Shown: positions 19,348 through 29,423 of the stretch, one piece after another
Layout: every line of letters begins with the position of its first letter
Numbering within the stretch: position 1 is the first letter of the stretch
Source of the DNA: Candidatus Enterousia sp.
GTDB taxonomy: Bacteria; Pseudomonadota; Alphaproteobacteria; Rs-D84
NCBI GenBank assembly: GCA_045647355.1
Contig: JAZRMF010000005.1
Location: 165,763-229,762 of the forward strand
Length of the DNA: 64,000 nucleotides
Reading direction: 5' to 3'
The notes under the pieces: generated by a model
Seen by the model: only the letters and a program-made list of their open reading frames with translations
Databases searched by the model: none
What the model was told of the DNA's origin: nothing
Program-made: the position numbers and the translations under genes

Positions 19348-19408
19348 GATTGCTAATCCGTGACCGTGTTATAGCGGTCCATAGGTTCGAGTCCTATACG
19401 CTCCGCCA
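19348..19408 (+). pseudogene. tRNA-Ser(GCU) 3' fragment: 3' half of the disrupted tRNA-Ser(GCU) (anticodon loop, variable arm, T-arm, acceptor, CCA)
   Basis: GATTGCTAATCCGTGACCGTGTTATAGCGGTCCATAGGTTCGAGTCCTATACGCTCCGCCA. The acceptor 3' strand ACGCTCC pairs with the 5' fragment at 10245. Confidence 0.7.
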
Positions 19409-19613
19409 TTTTTTGTACCCTGCCAAGGATGTTAAGAAATCCGGGCATTGCGGACGGGGCATATATTTACCATTGCAAATTTACTTTCTGATTAACAAAG
19501 AACGAGCTATTGTGCCTGACACTGGTTCATATTTTATTTTACAACAAATACTTGACAAATACAAAATATTGTTTACAATTATTCATAATAAACCTATAAA
19601 TTAAGGATAAGAT

Positions 19614-20180
19614 ATGGGAAAACATCATCGCTATAAGATATACGACGACGAATATCAACAAAAAGAACGTCCACACAAGAAAAAGGTGGCTTCCAAGGAA
19701 AGTGCCGCGGCGGTTAAGTATTACAAATATGTTATTGATAATTCACCTTATGAAACATTACGTCCTGGTGAAAAATTCTATGCAAAAAAGTCACCTAATG
19801 GCGAAGGGTTACAAATTTGTAAAACCGCATTTGAAACAATGTTATGGTTGGAATCCGCGCTCAAGAAAATTGCTAACAATGGTGATGGTGTGTTTTATGC
19901 GGTATACCAGGTAAAACCATTAGGCCCAATCACAGAACATCAATATACCACAGGCCTTACAATGTACAGTGTTGCATCTCTTGAAATCGTAGATATATGC
20001 ACACCTGAAGATTTGGGAAAACAAATAAAAGAAGAAATTAAAAACAAGGTTATCCCAAGCCATAACCACTACTCAGCAGATTTTGAATTTGCCACAGCAA
20101 TTTATGACAAACTGAATGCATATAAACGTCGTAATAATCAATTTATTAACGCCGTTAATCTGCTAGGTCGGGTATCATAA
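19614..20180 (+). CDS. Hypothetical protein (188 aa)
   Basis: Intact ORF. Confidence 0.4.
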   Translation: MGKHHRYKIYDDEYQQKERPHKKKVASKESAAAVKYYKYVIDNSPYETLRPGEKFYAKKSPNGEGLQICKTAFETMLWLESALKKIANNGDGVFYAVYQVKPLGPITEHQYTTGLTMYSVASLEIVDICTPEDLGKQIKEEIKNKVIPSHNHYSADFEFATAIYDKLNAYKRRNNQFINAVNLLGRVS

Positions 20181-20673
20181 CCCATTTTTGACTGTCAAAA
20201 CCGATATGAATGTATTTTCCGGTGCCAACACCACCAATTTTGTGCCCGCACAGGTACATTATTGCGCGGGTTATTCCGCCATGTGATGCGATTGCAATAT
20301 TTTTATATTCTGTTTTCAACACGTCCGTCAAAGCATTTCTAACGCGCGCCAATGTCTTGTCGCTTTCAACCGCATCATTCGGGTCGTCTGTTTGCCACAG
20401 GTAAAAGATACCGTCACCGAACCGTTCATCAATAATCATTTCTGCATTTGGATGTTTTTCGGCGACAATCTTCGCGGTATGTACGGACCGTTCATGCGGG
20501 GACACAAAGAAAACATCTATCTGTTTATCTGCCAACGCATTGGCTAATTCGGCGGCTTCGGCAATTCCATCATCGGTCAAATACCGACCAGACATCAAAC
20601 TATGTCGTATGTTTTCGTCAACTGCATTGGTTTTGCCATGTCGGAACAAATAAAGATGTCGAATATATTCCAT
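20155..20673 (-). CDS. Histidine phosphatase (phosphoglycerate mutase family) protein
   Basis: LYLFRHGKT (RHG catalytic motif). 172 aa. Confidence 0.65.
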   Translation of the reverse strand: MEYIRHLYLFRHGKTNAVDENIRHSLMSGRYLTDDGIAEAAELANALADKQIDVFFVSPHERSVHTAKIVAEKHPNAEMIIDERFGDGIFYLWQTDDPNDAVESDKTLARVRNALTDVLKTEYKNIAIASHGGITRAIMYLCGHKIGGVGTGKYIHIGFDSQKWVMIPDLAD

Positions 20674-22410
20674 CTATTTATCTTTTGGTGATGCGCTATC
20701 GATTTTGCGGGTCATTTTCAGGAACTTTTCTGCACGCAATTCCGGTAATTTTTCCGGGTCGGTCTTTTGCAATAATTTGATTTGTTCACTGACCGCGTTA
20801 GCCAAACTTTCCATCGTCGTTTGCCAATCGGTATGTGCACCACCCGCAGGTTCCGGAATTATTTTATCAATCACACGCATTTCCATCATATCGGTGGCCG
20901 TCAATTTCATCGCCGCCGCCGCAGTAGCCTTGAATTTATTATCTTTCCACAAAATACTTGCGCAAGATTCCGGCGCAATAACCGAATATATCGCATTTTC
21001 CAACATTAACACACGGTCGCCTGTTCCGATTGCGATTGCACCACCGGAACCACCCTCGCCAACATTAACAGCGATGTACGGTGTCTTGATAGAAAGCCCT
21101 GTTTGGATTGACGATGCCACAGCTTCGGATTGACCACGTTCTTCGGCGGCCGAACCCGCAAATGCACCCGCCGTATCAAACAATGATATAACCGGCAAAT
21201 TAAATCTTTCCGCCAAACGCATCAACCTTTGCGCCTTGCGATAGCCTTCGGGATTTGGCATGCCAAAGCGGTGCAGTTGACGTGTTTCAATCGTGCGACC
21301 CTTTTCTTGACCCAAAATCACCGCAGGGAACCCGTTCCAAAAACCAATACCGCCACACATTGCCGCGTCTTCACCAAACAATCTGTCGCCGGCAAGGTAT
21401 GTCCAATCCGATACAATACCATTGATATAATCCAAGAAATGCGGGCGATTTTCATTTCGCGCCAATAAAACTTTGTCATACGCAGCATTTTCACCCATGC
21501 CACGTGCCTTTTTGGAAGAATCTGAATCCGCCGGAGTTTGGGTTGTTATCTTTTCCACGGTACGTGATTGGTGCGTTAAAACAGCCAATATTTTTTCCAG
21601 ACGTGATTTCAGCTCGACACGTGGAACAACCATATCCACCATACCATGTTCATACAAATAATCCGCCGTTTGGAAATTTGCGGGTAATTTTTCGCGAATA
21701 TTTTGTTCAATAACGCGACGCCCCGCGAAACCAATACGCGCACCAGATTCTGCAATATTAATATCACCCAACATTGCAAAAGATGCCGTCACCCCGCCAT
21801 ACGTTGGATCGGTTAATAACACAATATACGGAATCTTGGCCGCATGCAATTTATTTACGGCGACGGTTGTACGCGCCATCTGCATCAGGGATAATATATT
21901 TTCTTGCATACGGGCGCCACCACTGCACGCCACCATAATCAAGGGTTGATGCATCTGAATTGCGTGTTCGGCACTGGCCACGATACCCTCACCGGCAACA
22001 CGTCCCATTGACCCCATCATAAATTCGCCGTTCAAAATACATATCGTTGTTGGGATACCACCAATGCGACCGTCCGCCGTTGTAACCGCGTCATTGTATC
22101 CGGTATCACTGCGCCCTTCGGCCAAACGTTCTGAATATGGGATTCTATCTACAAAATTCAGTGGATCATCCGGTAACGTTGGTAATTGAATTTTTTCCCA
22201 CGTGCGGTCATCGAACAGCAAATCAAATCTTTGCTTTGGATTCATAATAAATGCCCGGCCACAACGCGGACAGATATAATGATTATCCTTGTAATCTTTG
22301 TAATACACCAATTTATCGCAAGATTCGCATTTTATCCACATCAACCGACGAACGCGGTCGTATTTTTCACGATTCTTGTTTTTAATTCCGGATTTTTTAC
22401 CGAATAACAT
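20674..22410 (-). CDS. accDA: Acetyl-CoA carboxylase carboxyltransferase: fused beta (AccD, N-terminal zinc finger) and alpha (AccA) subunits in one 578-aa polypeptide
   Basis: N-terminal CESCDKLVY...CPRCGRAF zinc ribbon with an AccD core. The C-terminal half has AccA motifs FGMPNPEGYRKAQRLM, AEERGQSEAVA and GEGGSGGAIAIG. Confidence 0.85.
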   Translation of the reverse strand: MLFGKKSGIKNKNREKYDRVRRLMWIKCESCDKLVYYKDYKDNHYICPRCGRAFIMNPKQRFDLLFDDRTWEKIQLPTLPDDPLNFVDRIPYSERLAEGRSDTGYNDAVTTADGRIGGIPTTICILNGEFMMGSMGRVAGEGIVASAEHAIQMHQPLIMVACSGGARMQENILSLMQMARTTVAVNKLHAAKIPYIVLLTDPTYGGVTASFAMLGDINIAESGARIGFAGRRVIEQNIREKLPANFQTADYLYEHGMVDMVVPRVELKSRLEKILAVLTHQSRTVEKITTQTPADSDSSKKARGMGENAAYDKVLLARNENRPHFLDYINGIVSDWTYLAGDRLFGEDAAMCGGIGFWNGFPAVILGQEKGRTIETRQLHRFGMPNPEGYRKAQRLMRLAERFNLPVISLFDTAGAFAGSAAEERGQSEAVASSIQTGLSIKTPYIAVNVGEGGSGGAIAIGTGDRVLMLENAIYSVIAPESCASILWKDNKFKATAAAAMKLTATDMMEMRVIDKIIPEPAGGAHTDWQTTMESLANAVSEQIKLLQKTDPEKLPELRAEKFLKMTRKIDSASPKDK

Positions 22411-22415
22411 AATGC

Positions 22416-22694
22416 TTACCCATTCATTTTTTTGGTTAATTCACGACTTGGTTTAAATAGAATTGTCGTGTTTGCCGGCAAATGCATTGGTTGCCCCGTC
22501 ACAGGGTTATACCCAACCTTGGTTGCACGCGGGCGTGGTTGAAAAGTGCCAAAACCACGGATTTCAATACGATCACCATCGGCAATAGAATCAATCATTG
22601 CTTCGGACACCGTATCTAAAACCGCCGCTGCATCAGCATTGCGCATGCGTTTAAATTGAACCTGAATAGTACGTATAATATCGGAACGTTTCAT
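22416..22694 (-). CDS. ihf: Integration host factor subunit (HU/IHF family, IHF-like)
   Basis: RGFGTFQPRPRATKVGYNPVTGQPMHLPANTTILFKPSRELTKKMN. Confidence 0.7.
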   Translation of the reverse strand: MKRSDIIRTIQVQFKRMRNADAAAVLDTVSEAMIDSIADGDRIEIRGFGTFQPRPRATKVGYNPVTGQPMHLPANTTILFKPSRELTKKMNG

Positions 22695-22853
22695 AACTAT
22701 CTTTCCCTTTGTTTTTTATGTATGTTTTGGATTCTAACACCCAAAAAGGAATATTTCAAGTGGTTAAAAAATCTTGCGTATTTTATAATAAAAAAGTTGC
22801 TTTTATCCGATGCTAAATTATACTTAAAGCCAATTTAAATAAAAGGATTACAG

Positions 22854-23570
22854 ATGATACGTCCGTCTTTGCGCAAACCTAATCAAATGAGACCTGTATC
22901 AATGGAAACCGCCGTTAACAAATGGGCCGAAGGTTCATGTCTGATTAAAATGGGCGGCACACATGTATTATGCACCGCCAGTGTCGATTTCGCCCAACCA
23001 ACATGGAAGCGTTTACAAAATAAAACTGGCGGTTGGGTTACCGCAGAATATGCCATGTTGCCACGCGCAACCGGCACACGTAAATCACGCGATGCAATCG
23101 CCAAAGACCATCGCAGTGCCGAAATATCACGTCTGGTTGGGCGCGCCCTGCGCAGTGTTGTTGATATGGAAAAACTTGGTAAAAACACTATTACAATTGA
23201 TTGCGATGTGATTCAGGCCGACGGCGGAACACGCACCGCCAGTGTGACCGGTGGATTCGTTGCATTGGCCTTGGCGGTTAAATGGTTGCTGGATAATGGG
23301 CATATTCGTGAAAACCCAATACGTGAACACGTTGCAGCGGTAAGTGCGGGCCTGTGGAACAATGAACTTATTTTGGATTTAGACTATGACGAAGATTCCA
23401 ATGCCGAAATGGATGCGAACTTTGTTGTCGCGGAATCCGGTCGCTTTATCGAAGTGCAATCAACCGGCGAACAACATCCTTTTGAAAAATCACAATTGGG
23501 TGAAATTATGGATATGGCCGCGACCGGCGCACAGAAATTAATCGATTTGCAAAAACAGGTTTTATCGTAA
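22854..23570 (+). CDS. rph: Ribonuclease PH
   Basis: MIRPSLRKPNQMRPVSME...GSCLIKMGGTHVLCTASV is the typical RNase PH N-terminus. 238 aa. Confidence 0.85.
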   Translation: MIRPSLRKPNQMRPVSMETAVNKWAEGSCLIKMGGTHVLCTASVDFAQPTWKRLQNKTGGWVTAEYAMLPRATGTRKSRDAIAKDHRSAEISRLVGRALRSVVDMEKLGKNTITIDCDVIQADGGTRTASVTGGFVALALAVKWLLDNGHIRENPIREHVAAVSAGLWNNELILDLDYDEDSNAEMDANFVVAESGRFIEVQSTGEQHPFEKSQLGEIMDMAATGAQKLIDLQKQVLS

Positions 23571-23572
23571 AT

Positions 23573-24883
23573 CTATTTTTTCTGGTTCAATATATCGTCC
23601 GATTTTATATATTCGGGCGATTTTTTTTGCAGTTTCGTTTTTGCACGCTTTGCATATTCGCGTGATTTTTCCGGTGATTTCTGCATGCGATAATATTCCG
23701 CCATTGCCCAATCTGCACGGCCATCTTCGGTGCCATATGCACGCGCCAATGTCCAATATGCCAATGGTGTTTCTTCGACCAATATCGCATGTTTACAGAA
23801 TTCTATAGCGCGTTCTTTATCACCGGGTTTATTACGCTCAATCAAAACAAGTGCAAATGCGGTTTCTATTTGTGGTGATTTTGGTTTTAATTTTAATGCG
23901 CGTTCGTACGCATCTGCACTGTCATCATAGTGTCCATATGCGTATTCTATATCACCCATCAATTCGTAAAAATACGGATTATTCGGCGAACGCGATACCA
24001 ATGTTCGCGTTCCAACCAATGCGCCGTCTAAATTGCCACCGCGCATATTTGCAATTGCACGCGCATAAATTGCGGCATCACTTTTGTCAGAATATGGATA
24101 CATTGTTTTTACGCGCCCTGCATTGTCCAGATACCCAACCAATTTTGCACGAACCAGTGCGTATTTTTTTATCATATCGTCAGAATCAGATTTATATTTT
24201 TTATTTTTAATTTCTGGTTCCGCCAATCTGTCGCGCACATGTTTAAGGCGTTCTGATGTCAACGGGTGGTTTATCGCATTTGGATTTATTTTGGATTCAA
24301 TATGCGATGTCATGTCGTTCATCTGATTAAACACGTCCAAGAATCCATTTGGGTTCATACCCGCACGCACCATCAGGTTAAGCCCCATATCATCGGCGAT
24401 ACGTTCTTCGTCACGTGAAAAAGATAAAATAGATTGACGCGCCATCGATGTTGCGCCCGCCATAACACCTGCCCCCAGCGATGGATTACCACCCGCCACC
24501 ATAAGTCCCAAACCCAACGCCTGGATTAATAATGTGCGTTTCATTTCCGCCTCTATCGCGGCCGACATTTGCGCCATATGTCCCCCAATCATATGACCCA
24601 TTTCGTGTGCAACAACCGCACGCAACGCATTTGGCGATGTAATACGGGTAAGCAATCCAGTATAGATGTATACGTCTTCGCCACTCATGACAAAGGCATT
24701 AAAATCATCGTTATTTACAATATAAACTTTCATACGTGACGGCGATATATCCGCGGCGGTGGCAATTGGCGCAACGATTTCTTTGACCACAGATTCTATT
24801 TCTGTGTCGTTAATAAGGGATGCCGCAAAACCCGATATCGGGCAAAGCAAGCATATCAAAATCGCAATTATTTTCCGCATCAC
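23573..24883 (-). CDS. M48-family zinc metalloprotease with TPR repeats (BepA/YfgC-like), signal peptide
   Basis: HEMGHMIGGH (HExxH) and C-terminal TPR-like repeats. 436 aa. Confidence 0.75.
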   Translation of the reverse strand: MMRKIIAILICLLCPISGFAASLINDTEIESVVKEIVAPIATAADISPSRMKVYIVNNDDFNAFVMSGEDVYIYTGLLTRITSPNALRAVVAHEMGHMIGGHMAQMSAAIEAEMKRTLLIQALGLGLMVAGGNPSLGAGVMAGATSMARQSILSFSRDEERIADDMGLNLMVRAGMNPNGFLDVFNQMNDMTSHIESKINPNAINHPLTSERLKHVRDRLAEPEIKNKKYKSDSDDMIKKYALVRAKLVGYLDNAGRVKTMYPYSDKSDAAIYARAIANMRGGNLDGALVGTRTLVSRSPNNPYFYELMGDIEYAYGHYDDSADAYERALKLKPKSPQIETAFALVLIERNKPGDKERAIEFCKHAILVEETPLAYWTLARAYGTEDGRADWAMAEYYRMQKSPEKSREYAKRAKTKLQKKSPEYIKSDDILNQKK

Positions 24884-26931
24884 GCCCCCAAAGTTGTTGT
24901 CCTGTCGAACACATACATTAAATCACGCACCCATGGTTCAATTCGAACCATATCGGCCGCGGCACGTGATGCCAATTTGAATAAATCCCGATGTTCGCGA
25001 TATTCAACAAAATGATAGTTTATCCATCCAGATTGGCGTGTTCCCAATAATTCGCCAACACCGCGCATCATCAAATCTTGTTCCGCGATAACGAAACCAT
25101 CATCTGTTTCGACCAAAACATCCAAACGTTTTAATCCATCCGGCGAAACATTGTTTCCATACAATAATACACAGAACGATTGTGCCCCACCCCGCCCCAC
25201 GCGCCCACGCAATTGGTGCAACGCGGCCAAACCGAATCTTTCCGCATTTTCAATCACAATTATTGTTGCATCGGGTACATCGATACCAACCTCTATGACG
25301 GTGGTGGCAACAAGAATTTTTATATCTGAATTCGGGTCGGCAAATTTTGCCATAACCGCATCACGTTCATTTTTAGGCATTTGCCCATGAACAAGACCAA
25401 CACATGAAAAGTTTTTTTTCAGTTCTTCAAATCTGTGTTCTGCGGCGGTGGCATCTGATTCAGGCGAATCCGCAACCAATGGACACACCCAAAAGACCTT
25501 GGCACCCGACACAATTTGTGGTTTCAGATGTTCAACCAACGCTCCCACACGTGCAAGTGGCAACTTCGTTGTCTTGATTGGAATGCGACCGGCGGGTTTA
25601 TCTTTGATAATCGAAATATCCATATCGCCATAAATCGTCATGGACAGCGTGCGTGGAATTGGTGTCGCCGAAAGTGCCAAAACATCAGGGTTATTTCCCT
25701 TGGCACGCAGTGATTCACGTTGTGCGACCCCAAACCGATGCTGTTCATCAATAATGACCAGGCCCAAATCTTTATAGATAACATCTTCGGAAAAAAGTGC
25801 ATGCGTGCCAACAATCAACCGTGTACGCCCCGAACGCAGTGACGTCAATTTTTCACGACGTGCCACACCTTTGTCACGACCCGTTAATATATCGCATACC
25901 AATCCCAATTTATCGCACAGTGGTTTTAGTTTTGCATAATGCTGGCCCGCCAATGTATCAGTCGGCGCCAGCAACGCCGTTTGCCCGCCACATTCCGCCA
26001 TCATAATTGTTGCCGCCATGGCAACCATTGTTTTACCGCATCCAACATCCCCCTGGACCAGGCGCATCATCGGGAACGGACGCGCCATATCAGTTTTGAT
26101 TTCATCTATGACGGTCTTTTGACCATTTGTTAAATCAAACGGCAAAGACGCATAAAACTTTTCCAATAAATCATATTTCTTGGGCCGCACGGTACGACGA
26201 TGACGTTCATCATTACGGGTGCGACGACTGATTGCGATTGCGGTTTGATGTGCCAATAATTCGAAATACGCCAATTTAACAATGTCGTCCGCCATCGGTA
26301 ATAAATCGGCATTTGTTTTGGCAAAGTGAGCGTTACGCAGTGCATCGAAGAATTCGACAATATGTTCGTCTTCGCCGGCAAGTTTCGTATCGAAATCGGT
26401 AAAAACTTGGTCACGAATATTTGTAAATGTTTTTTGCGTGATACCTTCGCCGGACGGATATATTGCCTGAATTTTTGGAATTTTATCGGCGTTTTCGGGT
26501 TCTTCGACAAACTCTGGATGGTTAATTGTCGCGGTTGCGCCAGGTTCCAATTTGCCACTGACAATCCGCCATTCACCAATCGGGAACTTTTTCACCCAAT
26601 AATCCAAGAAATTAGTATTAAAGAATTGAATAACAACCGTCTTGCCGGCTTTATCGGCACAGTTTATGCGTGTTGGGCGACGACGGCGACCAAAGGCCTG
26701 GCCCAATTTATGCGACTTAACCTGAACCATTATGGTAATAACATCACCCGGGGTCGCGGTTGCAACAGAATCAATAATGCCACGATCCTTGACGTATGAT
26801 GGAATATGCAACATAAAATCCAATATGCGCCGCCCGCCCAGCAAATCGGCAAACCGCGTCGCCAATACCGGCCCCACCCCGCGAATAAATTGCAGGTCCG
26901 TGTTTAGAAAATCGAACAATTCCTTCTTCAT
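24880..26931 (-). CDS. recG: ATP-dependent DNA helicase RecG
   Basis: N-terminal wedge region, DVGCGKT (motif I), DEQHRFG (motif II). 683 aa. Confidence 0.85.
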   Translation of the reverse strand: MKKELFDFLNTDLQFIRGVGPVLATRFADLLGGRRILDFMLHIPSYVKDRGIIDSVATATPGDVITIMVQVKSHKLGQAFGRRRRPTRINCADKAGKTVVIQFFNTNFLDYWVKKFPIGEWRIVSGKLEPGATATINHPEFVEEPENADKIPKIQAIYPSGEGITQKTFTNIRDQVFTDFDTKLAGEDEHIVEFFDALRNAHFAKTNADLLPMADDIVKLAYFELLAHQTAIAISRRTRNDERHRRTVRPKKYDLLEKFYASLPFDLTNGQKTVIDEIKTDMARPFPMMRLVQGDVGCGKTMVAMAATIMMAECGGQTALLAPTDTLAGQHYAKLKPLCDKLGLVCDILTGRDKGVARREKLTSLRSGRTRLIVGTHALFSEDVIYKDLGLVIIDEQHRFGVAQRESLRAKGNNPDVLALSATPIPRTLSMTIYGDMDISIIKDKPAGRIPIKTTKLPLARVGALVEHLKPQIVSGAKVFWVCPLVADSPESDATAAEHRFEELKKNFSCVGLVHGQMPKNERDAVMAKFADPNSDIKILVATTVIEVGIDVPDATIIVIENAERFGLAALHQLRGRVGRGGAQSFCVLLYGNNVSPDGLKRLDVLVETDDGFVIAEQDLMMRGVGELLGTRQSGWINYHFVEYREHRDLFKLASRAAADMVRIEPWVRDLMYVFDRTTTLGA

Positions 26932-26992
26932 ATATGTTAAAAATACTAAAAAGACGGCCTATATGGCAAGGGAAAATCTTAATTCCAGAAAA

Positions 26993-28222
26993 TCAGAACG
27001 ACAACGAACCAAATGCATTTAACAATATGTCAAAATAGTTTTTGTCAGATTTTTGTGCCTTCAGCAAGCTTTTGTAGTGTGATAGCGCGGCATCCAACAG
27101 CTTATACTCTGATGGCGCGCATTCTGTTCTTTGCCTGTGATATTCATCATACAACCGTTTCACATCTGGTCTTTGATTAATTTTATGTGTTATATCCGCC
27201 AGCTGCTTTGCCGATAAATATTCATAGTTTGGATATTCTTCACGAATATATTTTAACTTTAAATCTTGATAAGCTTTTTCAGCCCGCCCCAAAGATTCAA
27301 AATATTTTTTATATTTTATACGCAACCCAGCAAGTTTCGTTTCTGCGTAATCTATTAAAATTTTTAATGCCTTGGTATAAAGTTCCGGTTTTTTTATTGC
27401 CTGCTCTATTAATATTTTTTCTAACTTGTCCATAACAATACAGCCAATACGGTAAGAACTGACCTCTGTTGGGTTGGACTCGTGGTCTATTAGTGAATAT
27501 ATCGGTTCTGAATACGCGGAAATTTGAGCCCCCAAACTTCCTAAATCAGGGTATTTTTTATCAATAAAGTGTCCGTATTCATGACTAATTGTACACATAA
27601 AGCCCAGAAAACCCATAAAATCATTATTTCTGAACATGGTTATTGTTGATTCACTATCATAGTATGCATTGCACTCGGTGGATTCGTATCCATAACCACT
27701 AATAATACTGCGTATCTTCATATAAAAATCAGCCAGCAAATCGATAATAGGTTGCTGATTTTTTTTATCCAGGTAACGAATCTTCAATTTATCATTGATT
27801 CCAAAATAATTATTTATCTCGTTCACAATCTTTAACGCAAGTTCTTGCCGCTGTTTTCGGTTCAAAGACTTAAATGTCCATGCAGCCAATAAAATATCAT
27901 CATCAGAACAAATAATTTGAGCATAGATATCCGCGTATTTTTGCGCGACCGTATCCATTGTATTTTTAGACATAGATTCTTTTAATTTAATCCGAAAATC
28001 ATCATCGGACAGGCCACCTGGTTTACGACGCCCTTTGTATATTTTGGCCAATTCCGGATTAAAAGTTGAAAATTCACCGACGATAGAATCCAACAACCCT
28101 GGGTCACGTTCCACCATTTCGGTAAATTCTTGTAAAGTTATATTGTTCGGCGCATACCTTTCATATATATCTTTAATCTTGCGTTTATTTATCATAATGA
28201 ATTTCCCTGCTATTAGTATCAT
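26993..28222 (-). CDS. Hypothetical protein with HExxH motif (TISHEYGHF); possible zincin-like metalloprotease/effector. Start probably at 28195 (MINKRK).
   Basis: Intact 400-aa ORF. The HEYGH motif is in a hydrophobic context. Confidence 0.45.
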   Translation of the reverse strand: MILIAGKFIMINKRKIKDIYERYAPNNITLQEFTEMVERDPGLLDSIVGEFSTFNPELAKIYKGRRKPGGLSDDDFRIKLKESMSKNTMDTVAQKYADIYAQIICSDDDILLAAWTFKSLNRKQRQELALKIVNEINNYFGINDKLKIRYLDKKNQQPIIDLLADFYMKIRSIISGYGYESTECNAYYDSESTITMFRNNDFMGFLGFMCTISHEYGHFIDKKYPDLGSLGAQISAYSEPIYSLIDHESNPTEVSSYRIGCIVMDKLEKILIEQAIKKPELYTKALKILIDYAETKLAGLRIKYKKYFESLGRAEKAYQDLKLKYIREEYPNYEYLSAKQLADITHKINQRPDVKRLYDEYHRQRTECAPSEYKLLDAALSHYKSLLKAQKSDKNYFDILLNAFGSLSF

Positions 28223-28473
28223 TCTACAATAGAAATGATATTAAAACAACAAATTCACATTGAACCATAGAAAATATAAATTTGCACCTATTATTCGACA
28301 TTTTATTTTTTGTAATACAATACAGATTGTACAGAAACAGAAAACAGAAGTAAAAAATGATATTCAACTGGAAAAAAGAAGAAAACGGGGATATAATCGT
28401 CACACCTGCGTTGCCTATGGGGCAGATTCTTTCGGTTGTATCCAGACAACATTAAAGCCACATAATAACAATA

Positions 28474-28499
28474 AAAATGCCCCGTTTGGGGCATTTTTC
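28474..28499. terminator. Terminator hairpin ATGCCCCGTTTGGGGCAT (first of three copies of one terminator family)
   Basis: Reverse-complement copies occur at 29431..29456 and 31545..31570. Confidence 0.5.
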
Positions 28500-28558
28500 A
28501 ATATTAAAGAAAAACCTTGAAAACCGAATATTTTAATGATAGACTGCATTTCGCACAT

Positions 28559-28636
28559 GGCGGATGTAGCTCAGCTGGTTAGAGCGTCGGTTTGTGGTAC
28601 CGAATGTCGCCGGTTCGAATCCGGTCATCCGCCCCA
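28559..28636 (+). tRNA. tRNA-His(GUG): tRNA-His(GUG) with G-1 and encoded CCA
   Basis: G-GCGGATG acceptor, anticodon loop TTGTGGT, T-arm GCCGG TTCGAAT CCGGT, 3' CATCCGC-C-CCA. Confidence 0.85.
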
Positions 28637-28706
28637 TAAAAAATCAAACCCGCCGTTGGCGTGGTTTATTTTTTATCTGGACGAATCCGGATTTGAACCG
28701 CAGGTG

Positions 28707-28810
28707 CGACACGATAGTTGATGAGAACAAGCGCCGGCGAAGTTCGAATCTTACGAGTGGAAGGGTCCCGACACGAAGTGTTGGGATGTGCAATCCGGTC
28801 ATCCGCCCCA
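28707..28810 (+). repeat. Copy A of a conserved ~105-nt tRNA-associated element ending in a 19-nt duplicate of the tRNA-His 3' end (AATCCGGTCATCCGCCCCA)
   Basis: Shares CGACACGATAGTTGAYGAGAACAAG...GTTCGARTCTTACGWGTGGAAGGGTCCC...TGGGATGTGCAATCC with 52457..52571. Confidence 0.7.
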
Positions 28811-28847
28811 TGAATTTGAGAATCCAGCCGAATGGGCTGGATTATAT

Positions 28848-29297
28848 TTATTTTTTCTTTTGTTTTGATAACCAATTTTCTTTCATACGTTTTACTGTTA
28901 AATTCTCGATAAGTTCATTGGCTTCTTTCGAATCATAGCTGCCGCCATTGCCACTAGTTTCTAACAATGTGAGTTTCATAAATCTCCGAACGACAACTTC
29001 ATGACCAGGCTCCACAGAAGGTAATAAATAATCATTGGACGTTCCAGTTATAGTGTATTCTAGGCCATATTTGGTTACAACCCGCGCATTTATATTACTA
29101 TAACCTCCATTTGCATCGCTGCTAACCACTCTGTTTACCCAAAGAACCAATACTGTATCCACTGATAGTTCTTTTTCTGCTTTTTCCGCGATTTTTTGTT
29201 CTTTTTTTGCCTTACGAAAATCTTGCGCTACGATCTCGGTTGGAATACAATTAGACAACCCGAGCGCCAACGCCAATAATAGTATTTTCTTTTTCAT
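28848..29297 (-). CDS. Small putative lipoprotein (about 150 aa; MKKKILLLALALGLSNC), located between two copies of the tRNA-His 3' end
   Basis: Signal peptide plus lipobox. Confidence 0.45.
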   Translation of the reverse strand: MKKKILLLALALGLSNCIPTEIVAQDFRKAKKEQKIAEKAEKELSVDTVLVLWVNRVVSSDANGGYSNINARVVTKYGLEYTITGTSNDYLLPSVEPGHEVVVRRFMKLTLLETSGNGGSYDSKEANELIENLTVKRMKENWLSKQKKK

Positions 29298-29397
29298 TTT
29301 TATCCTTTTAATTTTATGAACATATAATAGCACAAAAAAAATAAACTGTCAAGTACAAAAATGATTTTCGAGACACCAATCAGGAATAGGCCAAGGT

Positions 29398-29423
29398 TGT
29401 GTGCAATCCGGTCATCCGCCCCA
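29398..29423 (+). repeat. Third copy of the tRNA-His 3' end (TGTGTGCAATCCGGTCATCCGCCCCA), followed by a terminator
   Basis: Exact match to 28785..28810. Suggests a second att-like junction. Confidence 0.6.
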
